A stretch of DNA of 64,000 nucleotides from an uncultured Duncaniella sp. (GCA_910586305.1 CAJUGS010000014.1:360-64359); one strand, 5' to 3'. Counted from the first letter of the stretch, positions 38,978 to 48,194 are shown. A program made the numbers and translations. The notes: generated from the sequence alone by a model not told the origin.

Positions 38978-40399
38978 ATGAAGACATTTTTCTTAGCAGT
39001 CGCGGCACTGCTCTTCGGATTGTCTCAGGCTTCGGCCTACGACACAGCTTCAAAAGCTTGGAATGAGATATATCCGGCCATCGAGAGTCAGATAAAGGCT
39101 CCGGAATTTCGCGATAAGGACTATCGTCTGCTCGACTATGGCAAGCGTTCGTCGACAGAGGGATTTCTATACACCGAGATGATTAACAGCCTCATCGAAC
39201 GTTGTTCCTCCGAAGGCGGAGGCCGAGTGGTGATACCGCGTGGCACATGGTTCACCGGTCCGATTACTCTCAAAAGCAATGTCAACCTGCATCTCGAGGA
39301 GGGTGCCACCCTTCTGTTTACCTCCGATTTAAATGAATATCCCATCGTCTATACTCACTGGGAGGGAGTGAAGTGCTACAACTACCAGCCTATGATTTAT
39401 GCCTTCGAGCAGGAGAATATTGCTGTTACCGGCAAAGGCACTATCGACGGAGGTGCTTCGCGCGACAATTGGTGGGCCATGTGTGGTGCTCCTCGTTTCG
39501 GTTGGAAGGAAGGAATTGTGTCGCAGCGCATAGGCCGTCCGCTGCTTCTCGAATGGAATGAGAAAGGTGTGCCTGTGGAGCAGAGACGTCTCGGCGATGG
39601 CTACGGTATGCGTGTGCAGCTTCTCAATCCTGTTGGTTGCCGCAATGTACTCATCGAGGGTGTCACCATGTTGCGTTCGCCGTTTTGGGTCATTCACCCT
39701 GTCCTCTGTGAGAACCTCACAGTCAGGAACGTCCATGTTCAGAATGACGGCCCCAACGGAGACGGATGTGACCCGGAGTCGTGCAAGAACGTTCTTATTG
39801 AGGGATGTTACTTCGATACTGGTGACGACTGTATAGCCATCAAGAGCGGGCGAAACCGCGACGGTCGTCTCGCCAACGTCCCCACCGAGAATGTAATCGT
39901 GCGCAACTGCAAGATGAAAAACGGTCATGGCGGAGTCGTTGTCGGAAGTGAGATTGCCGGAGGTTACAAATATCTCTTTGTGGAGAACTGCGACATGGAT
40001 TCCCCCGAACTCGAGAGGGTGATACGCATCAAGACTAATGATTGTCGTGGAGGTGTGATTGAGAATATCTTTGTGCGCAATGTCCGTGTGGGACGCTGCA
40101 AGGAGGCTGTTCTCAAGATTAATCTCCAGTATGACCGCAAGGAAGCCTGCAACCATATCTATCCACCTATTGTTCAGAATGTATTCCTTGAAAACGTCAC
40201 CTGTCATGAGAGCAAATACGGCATCATGATGGTGGGTTATGAAAACATCTGCAATATACGTAACGTAGAGCTTAAAAACTGCGACTTCACTGGTGTGACA
40301 TCAGGTGGAAACTATCTGTCCGGTCTCGCCGAAGGTGTCAATCTCGTCAACGTTCGCATTAATGGAGCCCCTTGCACCTCGCTCACTTCTGAAAAGTAG
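38978..40399 (+). CDS. GH28 glycoside hydrolase (exo-/endo-polygalacturonase-like)
   Basis: Signal peptide. GH28 motif set NDGPNGDGCDP, DTGDDCIAIKSG, GHGGVVVGSE, RIKT. A TAACTTTG box lies at 38939-38946 upstream. Confidence 0.88.
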   Translation: MKTFFLAVAALLFGLSQASAYDTASKAWNEIYPAIESQIKAPEFRDKDYRLLDYGKRSSTEGFLYTEMINSLIERCSSEGGGRVVIPRGTWFTGPITLKSNVNLHLEEGATLLFTSDLNEYPIVYTHWEGVKCYNYQPMIYAFEQENIAVTGKGTIDGGASRDNWWAMCGAPRFGWKEGIVSQRIGRPLLLEWNEKGVPVEQRRLGDGYGMRVQLLNPVGCRNVLIEGVTMLRSPFWVIHPVLCENLTVRNVHVQNDGPNGDGCDPESCKNVLIEGCYFDTGDDCIAIKSGRNRDGRLANVPTENVIVRNCKMKNGHGGVVVGSEIAGGYKYLFVENCDMDSPELERVIRIKTNDCRGGVIENIFVRNVRVGRCKEAVLKINLQYDRKEACNHIYPPIVQNVFLENVTCHESKYGIMMVGYENICNIRNVELKNCDFTGVTSGGNYLSGLAEGVNLVNVRINGAPCTSLTSEK

Positions 40400-40428
40400 T
40401 GTGACAGAGGCGATATACAAACGTGCAT

Positions 40429-40478
40429 AAAAAACTCCGGAAGTCTGTAACTCAGTAGCAGACTTCCGGAGTTTTCTT
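40429..40478. terminator. Bidirectional intrinsic terminator (GH28 / PurF-like convergent pair)
   Basis: aaaactccggaagtctg (40431-40447) pairs with cagacttccggagtttt (40459-40475): perfect 17-bp stem including flanking A/T runs, 11-nt loop. Confidence 0.85.
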
Positions 40479-40493
40479 TATCGTTACGGAAGA

Positions 40494-41933
40494 TTATTCC
40501 GGATGTTCCTCGGCGTAAGCGGTGTCGGGATGTATGCCGGTACCGTCAAAGCAGTGGGTACAGATGCGACACTTGGGCAGGCCGATTGACTCGACGAGAT
40601 CCTCGATTTTGCTGAACTTCAGTGTCGATAGTCCGAGTCTGTGCGCCACTTCGGCCACCATACGTTCGTAGCGGGGTGAGCCTGTGGTGGCATACTCGTC
40701 GAGATGTGCGTTTTCGTCACCCTCGAAATCCTTGATGATCTGGCGTGTGATGAGTTCCATATCGCTCTTTGACGATGTGAAACCGATGAAGGGGCATCCG
40801 TAGACAAGTGGCGGACATGAGATGCGGGCGTGTACGGTGTTGGCGCCGCATTCAAAGAAGGTGCGCACATTGTCGCGGAGCTGTGTGCCTCTCACGATTG
40901 AGTCATCGCAGAAAACCACGCTCTTGCCGTTGAGCACAGCCTTGTTGGGAATGAGCTTCATCTTAGCCACAAGATCGCGACGCGACTGGTTGCCGGGTGT
41001 GAAGCTGCGTGGCCATGTCGGAGTGTACTTAAGCACAGCGCGACGGTAGGGGATACCGCTTCCTTCGGCATAGCCGAGTGCATGGCCTACGCCGGAGTCG
41101 GGAATACCGCACACGCAGTCTGCGTCAGTCGGGTCTTCTTTGCCCATTGCGCGTCCGCCTGCCTCACGCACGTCCTCTACGTTGATACCAAGATAATCGC
41201 TGGCGGGGAAACCATAGTATACCCACAGGAAGGAGCAGAATTGCTCTCTATTGCCGGGAGTGCGGAGCACCTCCATCGAGTCGGCACGGAGTCTCACCAC
41301 TTCGCCGGGGCCGAGGTCCCTCACCACCTTGTAGTCGAGATTGGGGAATGCGCAGGTCTCGCTTGTTGCTGCATATGCTCCATCCTTGTGGCCGATTACG
41401 ATTGGTGTACGGCCCATATAGTCGCGGGCGGCTATGATGCCGTCCTCGGTGAGTATGAGCATTGAGCATGAGCCCTTGACCTTGCGATAGACAAGATCGA
41501 TACCCTCTTCGAAAGTCTTTCCCATGTTAATGAGAAGTGCCACAACCTCGGTCTGGTTGATATTGTTGGCCGAGAGTTCGCTCAGGTGCATACGTTCGGC
41601 GAGAAGCTCGGCGGCGATTTCGCGAAGATTGTTAATCTTGGCTACTGTCACCACTGCGTAACGTCCTAAGTGTGAGTTGACGATGATGGGTTGGGGGTCG
41701 GTGTCGCTGATCACTCCGAGACCCTGGTTGCCGTGGAAAGAGTCGAGTTCGTCCTCGAATTTCGAACGGAAATAGTCACGCTCAAGTGAGTGAATCTTGC
41801 GATTGAAGCCCTTCTCAGGGTCGAAGGTCACAAGTCCGGCACGTTTTGTGCCGAGATGGGAATTGTAGTCTGTGCCATAGAACAGATCTGTTATGCACGG
41901 ACGGGCCGAGACGGTGCCAAAAAAACCTCCCAT
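40494..41933 (-). CDS. Amidophosphoribosyltransferase-like protein (PurF-like) without the N-terminal catalytic Cys
   Basis: PRPP-binding loop VVFCDDSIVRGTQL and a class-II GATase-like N-domain, but the N-terminus is MGGFFGT rather than MCG. Start set at ATG 41933, because the 37 upstream codons of the ORF contain a TACCTTTG promoter box. Confidence 0.75.
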   Translation of the reverse strand: MGGFFGTVSARPCITDLFYGTDYNSHLGTKRAGLVTFDPEKGFNRKIHSLERDYFRSKFEDELDSFHGNQGLGVISDTDPQPIIVNSHLGRYAVVTVAKINNLREIAAELLAERMHLSELSANNINQTEVVALLINMGKTFEEGIDLVYRKVKGSCSMLILTEDGIIAARDYMGRTPIVIGHKDGAYAATSETCAFPNLDYKVVRDLGPGEVVRLRADSMEVLRTPGNREQFCSFLWVYYGFPASDYLGINVEDVREAGGRAMGKEDPTDADCVCGIPDSGVGHALGYAEGSGIPYRRAVLKYTPTWPRSFTPGNQSRRDLVAKMKLIPNKAVLNGKSVVFCDDSIVRGTQLRDNVRTFFECGANTVHARISCPPLVYGCPFIGFTSSKSDMELITRQIIKDFEGDENAHLDEYATTGSPRYERMVAEVAHRLGLSTLKFSKIEDLVESIGLPKCRICTHCFDGTGIHPDTAYAEEHPE

Positions 41934-41979
41934 AATTCGTTTGTAAGATGTGTATGACTGGTTTTGAAATTTGAAAGTG

Positions 41980-41987
41980 CAAAGGTA
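41980..41987 (-). promoter_or_regulatory. -7 box (TACCTTTG) for the PurF-like gene
   Basis: The reverse complement of caaaggta matches TAnnTTTG, ~47 nt upstream of ATG 41933. It separates this gene transcriptionally from the operon upstream. Confidence 0.4.
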
Positions 41988-42055
41988 GTAAAAATCCCTA
42001 AACTGAGAAAGAACGTGTTCTCTCTGTTGCTTATTTTTTTTCAAAACGTTGTGGC

Positions 42056-45000
42056 TCAGTTCACCACTGAATCGAGGTCGAGCTTACGCAGAGTGAGTAT
42101 AGTGAGGATGTCGGGATTCCGGCTTTCCGTCGTGACAGGGATATACGGGAAGAATGGAGTGAGAAACCGCCTCCAGCGGTCGGTGTCATCAGCTGTCACC
42201 GAGGCAAGGACAAAGCGGCATTCAGCAGAGTTGTCGTTGGCTATGTGGCGTGTGGCCACGTTGCTCATGCGGTTGAGACTCATGAACGTTTCTTGTGGCG
42301 TGGGTTGGGCAAGGTATGGATAGTGGATTCGCCCGGTGAGGTAGTTGACAATGTTGAAATCCTTGAAAATCTCGCATAGACTGTCGCGCACGGTTGACTC
42401 GATGATTTCGCGCGGATCATCGGCCTCTTCCGAGGAGGCGTAAGAGGCAAATAGCTTGGTGAGATCTATACGGCTCACTATGCACGGTGCCGAGTTGTCA
42501 AAGAAAGCCTCGAGCGCAGCCGGATTGGTAAGGCTCACGAACATTGCCTCATTGAATGCATCAATTGACTCCGACCTGGCTGTGGCCTCGTCATACCACT
42601 CGGAAAGCATGGAGTTGTAGTCGGCCAGACGGCGGTAGAGGGCGTCGAGCTTCATATTGGCTTCGTGGAGTGAATCGATAACCATACCGGCTGTGTGGAA
42701 ACGCAGCTGTGTTTCAAGCAGCATCCTGCGTTGCAAGGATATTTGAGCTGCGATTTCCTCCATCTCACTCTGCAAATCATGCCGGTGGTTGCGGCAGGCT
42801 GTGCGGTAGTACAGCCACACCATCACCGTTATAAAAATGATAGCTCCGGCCACAATGCTCGTCCATAGGGTGTCGAGTGTGAATACCTCCAGGGAGACGA
42901 GAAGTATGAATATGCCGAGGGCTATTACCGATGCTCCGCTCCAGACCAGGGCGCGGCTGAGATACGTCTTGCGGAATAGCTTGAGCCGTTCCGGGAAGGC
43001 GTTCATTAGTTTGCGGTGGCGTGCCTCGAGATTGGATATGCTTTCCTGCTGTCTTTCTTCGGACAGACATCTCAGTTCGTCGCGCACATTGGGAAGACAT
43101 AGCCGCTCGATGAGATGGCGATAGTAGCGGTAGTTGGTCTCGTATAGCTTAGTCAGGCTTTCGAGTCTCACCCGCGCTTCGTCAAGAGTGTTGGATATGG
43201 CCGCGATTTTTATCTGGGTTTCTGTTCCGGCAAACGGTGCTGTCAGTTGAGGCACACGTCCTCCTTTCTGGCCTTCGGGTGCTTGCTCGGTAGTCTGTGT
43301 GATTATACAGGCAAAGTTGTTGAATTCCGGGTCGTCCACGTAGGCCGATGAGATGTAGCAGTAACCCTTGTCGCCAAAGTCTTTGCCCCAGGAGTTGCGC
43401 ACGATATAGCACTTGTCGATTTCCGAATAGCCTGTTATTACCATTGCGTGGTATCCTTCCTCGCCTTCGGCTATCTCGCTCTCGGTGGGTCGGCCCACAT
43501 GGCCGTCTGGAGTGTGGGGGAAGGATGGATATACCTTGAGAGAGAACCCCACCGGATAGCCTTCTGACAGGGCGGAGGTGAGCAGCCTGTGGTTGGTCTC
43601 GATGCATTCCATCCTGCTTCCCTCGGTCATGAGTGGTATTTGGCAGGCTTTGAGCACTCTGTGGCCTTCGGCTTCCGAGGTAGCGGCGGCCGAGGGTGGC
43701 ACGGATATATTTTCCGGAGAATAGGGACACAGTTCCTCGGTGCATATGCCGAGTCGTCCCATCACGGAGAGCTGCTCGTAGAAGTTGCTCCCTCCTTCGG
43801 GGCGCCCGGACATAACGTTGCTGTGATAGAAGAGAAATCTCTCGCTCAGTGATGCTTCCGGGCTATTGCTGCTTTCGGAGTGGAGGCGGTTGATGATGTA
43901 TTCATACATCGCTGTCGTTGCAAACGATGAGCAGGATCCGACACTACCCTGGCTTCTGACGGCCGAGAAGTAGCGTCGCAGGTCAACGGACGGGAGTATC
44001 TTGAGATCCGGGGCGGGTGTGTATTTAGCATCGAGTGGTTGCTCGCGTATTTCGAAATTGCCGGGGCGGTGGTGTATCTCCTCGCGACGGCGTGAGGCCT
44101 CCTCGTTGTTAAGATTTTTGCGCAACATTTCAAGTTCGGATTCCTTGCCCCTTATATAAGAGGTAAGGTCAAGGATGTCCGACTTGAGGCGTTTTATCTC
44201 TGGAAGCGGGTTGAATGCATGGTTGTTTGCTTCGTCCTCCACATACTCCATGCGCGCCTGGTCATAGTGATAGCGTTTCAGCTCGGGGAAGTTCTGTGGT
44301 GTGGGCAGAAGACCGGTGTACAGTGCGTTGCGATTGAACGAATCGATAAATATCGATGCCGGTTCGGTGTAAGCATCGTCGAAATACAGTGGTTCCTGTT
44401 TGTACAGCATTCCTTTCAGTCGCGGATTGTCGCGGCCAAGAAGAAGTGCCAGCGTTGCTTCACGTTCGGGCAGTGAGAGGGCCGGGTTGTTGACAAACTC
44501 TGTGATTCGGTCCGTGAGTGCCCGGGTGCTGCGTTGTAGAGCCGGGTAAATCTGTCCGGCTATGTCGCTTTCGGACAGTTTGCGCTCATATAGCGGGCTC
44601 ACTTCGCTGTTGTAGAAGTCGTTGTAGAATCCCTCGATTCCGTTCAGCGCGTTCATAGCCCGTTCGGCTGCGCCCTGAGTGTCGACAGTGGTCTGTGTGA
44701 TTCCGTTTTTCTCAAGGGTCGAGGCCACAGTGCGGTTGAGGAGGTAGTCAGTGATTTCCCATCGGTCAAACCGCAGGCGGGCAAGTCCGATGCTGATGAG
44801 ATTGGAAGATCCGGCCGGGAAGAATCCCGGTGTAATCACTGTCGCATAGTTCTCTGAAAGAGATGCTATTATTGATGCGATGAACTCCGAGAGGCGACGG
44901 AGTGTGAATCCTATCGCCGCACCGGTAGCCACATAGTCGTCAACGAGTGCCAGTGAGCAGTGGAATCTCGACGAGGCTGTGAGGGCGTCGATGGAGCGAA

Positions 45001-45397
45001 TATTCTCCTTCTGTATCTCTCGGCAGTCGGCCGGAAGTTCGTGTCCGAGCAGATGGGCGAGGTTGTATTGCAGCCCTATTATGTCGAGAGAAATAGAGTT
45101 TCCTGTCTGCTCCACAGCCTCGATGATATTCCTGGCCGTTTCAGCAGCCTCCGGCACGAACAACGGTATGATGGCAATGGTGTGGAGAGTTGTGTCGGCC
45201 GAGTCTATCGTGATATGCTCGCGATACATACCCGCCAGGCTCGATGTGAGCCGGTCTGTCGTCAGTCCATCGCAGTCGAGCGGTGTGTAGAGACTTGGTA
45301 ATTGTGGCGTTTTAGCCACGGCAAGACTCACCTCGGTGGAGAGTTGCCCGGTTATGGGCGATGGCCATAGGCCGATGATGGGTGTGGCGGGATGCAT
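42056..45397 (-). CDS. 1113-aa multidomain protein: N-terminal Rossmann-like (possibly degenerate tubulin-like) domain, coiled coil, papain-like C1 cysteine peptidase, coiled coil, TM hairpin, C-terminal domain
   Basis: C1 catalytic set with papain spacing: Q483-G-S-V-G-S-C489 (the Cys codon is 43931-43933), YH650AMVITGY, IVRN668SW670G. Two TM helices at aa ~816-836 and 845-864 (nt 42806-42952). No signal peptide. 13 nt downstream of the tubulin-like gene. Confidence 0.8.
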   Translation of the reverse strand: MHPATPIIGLWPSPITGQLSTEVSLAVAKTPQLPSLYTPLDCDGLTTDRLTSSLAGMYREHITIDSADTTLHTIAIIPLFVPEAAETARNIIEAVEQTGNSISLDIIGLQYNLAHLLGHELPADCREIQKENIRSIDALTASSRFHCSLALVDDYVATGAAIGFTLRRLSEFIASIIASLSENYATVITPGFFPAGSSNLISIGLARLRFDRWEITDYLLNRTVASTLEKNGITQTTVDTQGAAERAMNALNGIEGFYNDFYNSEVSPLYERKLSESDIAGQIYPALQRSTRALTDRITEFVNNPALSLPEREATLALLLGRDNPRLKGMLYKQEPLYFDDAYTEPASIFIDSFNRNALYTGLLPTPQNFPELKRYHYDQARMEYVEDEANNHAFNPLPEIKRLKSDILDLTSYIRGKESELEMLRKNLNNEEASRRREEIHHRPGNFEIREQPLDAKYTPAPDLKILPSVDLRRYFSAVRSQGSVGSCSSFATTAMYEYIINRLHSESSNSPEASLSERFLFYHSNVMSGRPEGGSNFYEQLSVMGRLGICTEELCPYSPENISVPPSAAATSEAEGHRVLKACQIPLMTEGSRMECIETNHRLLTSALSEGYPVGFSLKVYPSFPHTPDGHVGRPTESEIAEGEEGYHAMVITGYSEIDKCYIVRNSWGKDFGDKGYCYISSAYVDDPEFNNFACIITQTTEQAPEGQKGGRVPQLTAPFAGTETQIKIAAISNTLDEARVRLESLTKLYETNYRYYRHLIERLCLPNVRDELRCLSEERQQESISNLEARHRKLMNAFPERLKLFRKTYLSRALVWSGASVIALGIFILLVSLEVFTLDTLWTSIVAGAIIFITVMVWLYYRTACRNHRHDLQSEMEEIAAQISLQRRMLLETQLRFHTAGMVIDSLHEANMKLDALYRRLADYNSMLSEWYDEATARSESIDAFNEAMFVSLTNPAALEAFFDNSAPCIVSRIDLTKLFASYASSEEADDPREIIESTVRDSLCEIFKDFNIVNYLTGRIHYPYLAQPTPQETFMSLNRMSNVATRHIANDNSAECRFVLASVTADDTDRWRRFLTPFFPYIPVTTESRNPDILTILTLRKLDLDSVVN

Positions 45398-45410
45398 TGC
45401 GTGCGTAGTG

Positions 45411-48194
45411 TCAGAATTCGTCGGTGATGTAGTTCATTTCTTCATTGAGAATGTCGGCGGTCGCCTTGAGACGCGGATCCTCAAGCTGCTCGATGGTGTA
45501 TTGGCAGCCTGAGAAGTCGGTGAGGTATGTCCCGTCGTCCACTGAGGCCTTGGCCCGGCGCAGACGGTCGAGCATTGTGGTGTCTTCGCCAGGCATACCC
45601 ACTTTGTCGCGCTCTTTTTCTATTTCGGGAGCGATAATGTCAAGATTGTCAATTAATGTAGAGAGCGCTTCCTCTCGGCTTGCACCGAGTTGGACGCGGT
45701 AGCCGTTGAGAGGTTTGCCGCCCATGGCCCGGCTGCGTATTATATAGGCCTCCTTGCTCGGATCGCGCACGATGATGCCAGCAACGATGGCAAATGTCCA
45801 CAGGGCAATGACCTTGGAGCGTGAGATGTCGTCGTGTGGCTCAAGGTCGAAGCGTTCACGTTTCATACGTCTGGCCATCTCGGCATCGAAGTGGCTGGTA
45901 AACTCCTTGTCTTCTTCAAAACGGTTGTATTCCAGAATATAGTTGTCAAGGGAGGTCAGCGTGAAAGCGGGCACAACGCCTATCTGGCGGTAGATGATGA
46001 TGCGGTCGCTTATACCTGTGGTGGAGTAGTCAACCGAGCTGGAACCGGGAAGTATGTTGCGCAGGTGGTCGCGACGCGAGATGCGCGATTTTGCCTTGTC
46101 GGCCACACCGACATAGAAGTTGTCGACAGGACGGTCTTTGATGTCCGAGTCGTAGCCACGGTAGCTGTAGGTGAAGAGAGGCATGGCCTTGCTGACCGCG
46201 CGGTGGCACAGACGGTCGAAACTGTCATCGTCCATTGCGTCGATAACCTGGTCGATGGTGGTGTTCTTGAGTTCTTTTACCTTGGGTAGTGTGGAGGCGA
46301 AGTCGTTGAACAAACGCGATGTCTCGGCAGCCGACATGGTCGAAATTGTCTGTATGCCACCGTCGGTAGACATGAACTTGATGAAGTCGTTGAACACAAT
46401 GTCCTGGGCCGGACAGGTGATTTTCTCGGCTTCCGGACCGGTGAGGTCTACCTGGAAGAGGTTGGAGTTGCCGATGTTGAGAAGCTTGCGCTCTATGGTG
46501 CGTCCACACTCCTCGTCGACGGCATGGAGGTTGGAGAGGATGATGTTGACGCGGTCAAACGACTGACCTATGCGGGTGCGTAGCCAGTAGTAGAAGTCAC
46601 GGGCCATCTGTCGGCGTGTGATTTCGCGCCGGGTTCTGGCCACTGTCATGGTTCGGTCACACACCTCGGCTGAAAGCTCTCTGCGCTTGCCTCCCGAGAA
46701 TATGCCTCGTGTCTCCGACAGTTCTTTGCAGGTGCTTTCGAGCGAGCTTTCCTGGCGTGGAAGCAGTTCTTCCAGTCCCTTCATCTCAGTGTGCATCTCT
46801 CCGTCACACAGCTCTATCTGTGTCAGTATGGCCTTGAGTATATGTTCGCACAGGTATATGCCGCATTCGCGGTTGGACTGCTCCTTCATGAAGTCGGAAA
46901 GGGCTATGTCCACACGGCTTTTGAGTGCGTTGAGTTTTTCAATGAGCGACTCGGGACTTTCTGTGGCAATATTGGCGAGGAAGTGGTCCACCTCCACCTT
47001 GGGATTTTCCGGACTTTCGATTTCCGAGAGTGACCTTGGGGAGGCTGCTGGCATGAAATAGTCGATTACGTCGTCTTTTTCGAGGTTCTCGCGTATGCGT
47101 GTGTTGGTGAACCAGTTGTTGGCAAGCACCGATGGATCGTCACATCCGCCGTTGCGCATACGGTTGATAATCTGGCGTATGGCTTTCAGTGTGTATATTT
47201 CGCTGAGTGTATGGCTGCTGAAGAGAATCTCCGATACGCCGAATCCGGCTGCCCATGCTTTTTTGTTGCGGATATCCATGGTGCCGTCGTTAATCTGCTT
47301 GGCCACGTTGTCGCTCACAGACGCAGTGGCTACGCTCAGTTCGCCGGTGGAGGTTACGAGCGCCAGAGATATCATCTCGCACAACTGGTCGACGTTGGAG
47401 AACATATCGTTGTTCTCGTTGCGGTTGTCAATGAAATAGAAGGCTGTGAACGGACGTTCGCGCACCATCTCGGTCGAACGTAGCCACTTCAGTTCCACCG
47501 GCAGAGAGCCTGGTCCCAGATGCATCAGGAAGTCGAGGTCGCGTATTGCACCCATGGCATTGGGGCGTACACGTGCCATTCCTGCACCGTGCATCATGGC
47601 TCTGAACACGTCGGCCATCACGGCATAGCCCGAGAGTTTGGCTTCCGGAAGTATTCGCTTGATGAGGTAGGCCATGTTGAGGAAAGTGCCACACCCTGTG
47701 CCTCCGCCGAGCGAGAACACAAGGTGTACTTCCACTTCGTTGGAGAGAAGTCCGTAGCGTGGATTGTCGATGATGGCTGCCGAGTTGATCTGGCGCAGTT
47801 TTGATGATAGTGAGTTCACCACGTCATCCTCGCGTATGGTGACGGCAAAGCGGCCGTTCGTTCGTATCGCCCCTGCTCCGATATTCAGCGATGTCAGCGC
47901 GGCTGTATTGCAGGCCGGAATCCAGCCGAAGTTGCCGGGGGTGCGCAGATAGATGGCCGATGGCGAATTTACGGATATGGGAAGTTGCTCCGACGACGAG
48001 AGGGTGATGGGTGTTCCGTCTTTGGCGGGAAGTGATTTGTTGTACACGCCTCCGTCGGTGTCAATACCGAGAAATCCCAGCATTGGAGGTATTTCTCCAT
48101 AGGTGTCATAGAGTATCTTCTTGGTGTGGAGGAGTGCGTTCATGCCTGTGCCGCCAAGGCCGATGAAGAGAGTGCGTCTGAGTTTGGTAGCCAT
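45411..48194 (-). CDS. Divergent tubulin/FtsZ-superfamily GTPase (Tubulin_2-like), 927 aa
   Basis: T1 GLGGTGMNA (aa 12-20). T3 GAGAIRTNGR (aa 106-115), with the same spacing as FtsZ GAGANPEVGR. T4/tubulin signature GGGTGCG (aa 163-169, nt 47688-47708). A long, uncharacterised C-terminal ~600 aa follows. Confidence 0.8.
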   Translation of the reverse strand: MATKLRRTLFIGLGGTGMNALLHTKKILYDTYGEIPPMLGFLGIDTDGGVYNKSLPAKDGTPITLSSSEQLPISVNSPSAIYLRTPGNFGWIPACNTAALTSLNIGAGAIRTNGRFAVTIREDDVVNSLSSKLRQINSAAIIDNPRYGLLSNEVEVHLVFSLGGGTGCGTFLNMAYLIKRILPEAKLSGYAVMADVFRAMMHGAGMARVRPNAMGAIRDLDFLMHLGPGSLPVELKWLRSTEMVRERPFTAFYFIDNRNENNDMFSNVDQLCEMISLALVTSTGELSVATASVSDNVAKQINDGTMDIRNKKAWAAGFGVSEILFSSHTLSEIYTLKAIRQIINRMRNGGCDDPSVLANNWFTNTRIRENLEKDDVIDYFMPAASPRSLSEIESPENPKVEVDHFLANIATESPESLIEKLNALKSRVDIALSDFMKEQSNRECGIYLCEHILKAILTQIELCDGEMHTEMKGLEELLPRQESSLESTCKELSETRGIFSGGKRRELSAEVCDRTMTVARTRREITRRQMARDFYYWLRTRIGQSFDRVNIILSNLHAVDEECGRTIERKLLNIGNSNLFQVDLTGPEAEKITCPAQDIVFNDFIKFMSTDGGIQTISTMSAAETSRLFNDFASTLPKVKELKNTTIDQVIDAMDDDSFDRLCHRAVSKAMPLFTYSYRGYDSDIKDRPVDNFYVGVADKAKSRISRRDHLRNILPGSSSVDYSTTGISDRIIIYRQIGVVPAFTLTSLDNYILEYNRFEEDKEFTSHFDAEMARRMKRERFDLEPHDDISRSKVIALWTFAIVAGIIVRDPSKEAYIIRSRAMGGKPLNGYRVQLGASREEALSTLIDNLDIIAPEIEKERDKVGMPGEDTTMLDRLRRAKASVDDGTYLTDFSGCQYTIEQLEDPRLKATADILNEEMNYITDEF

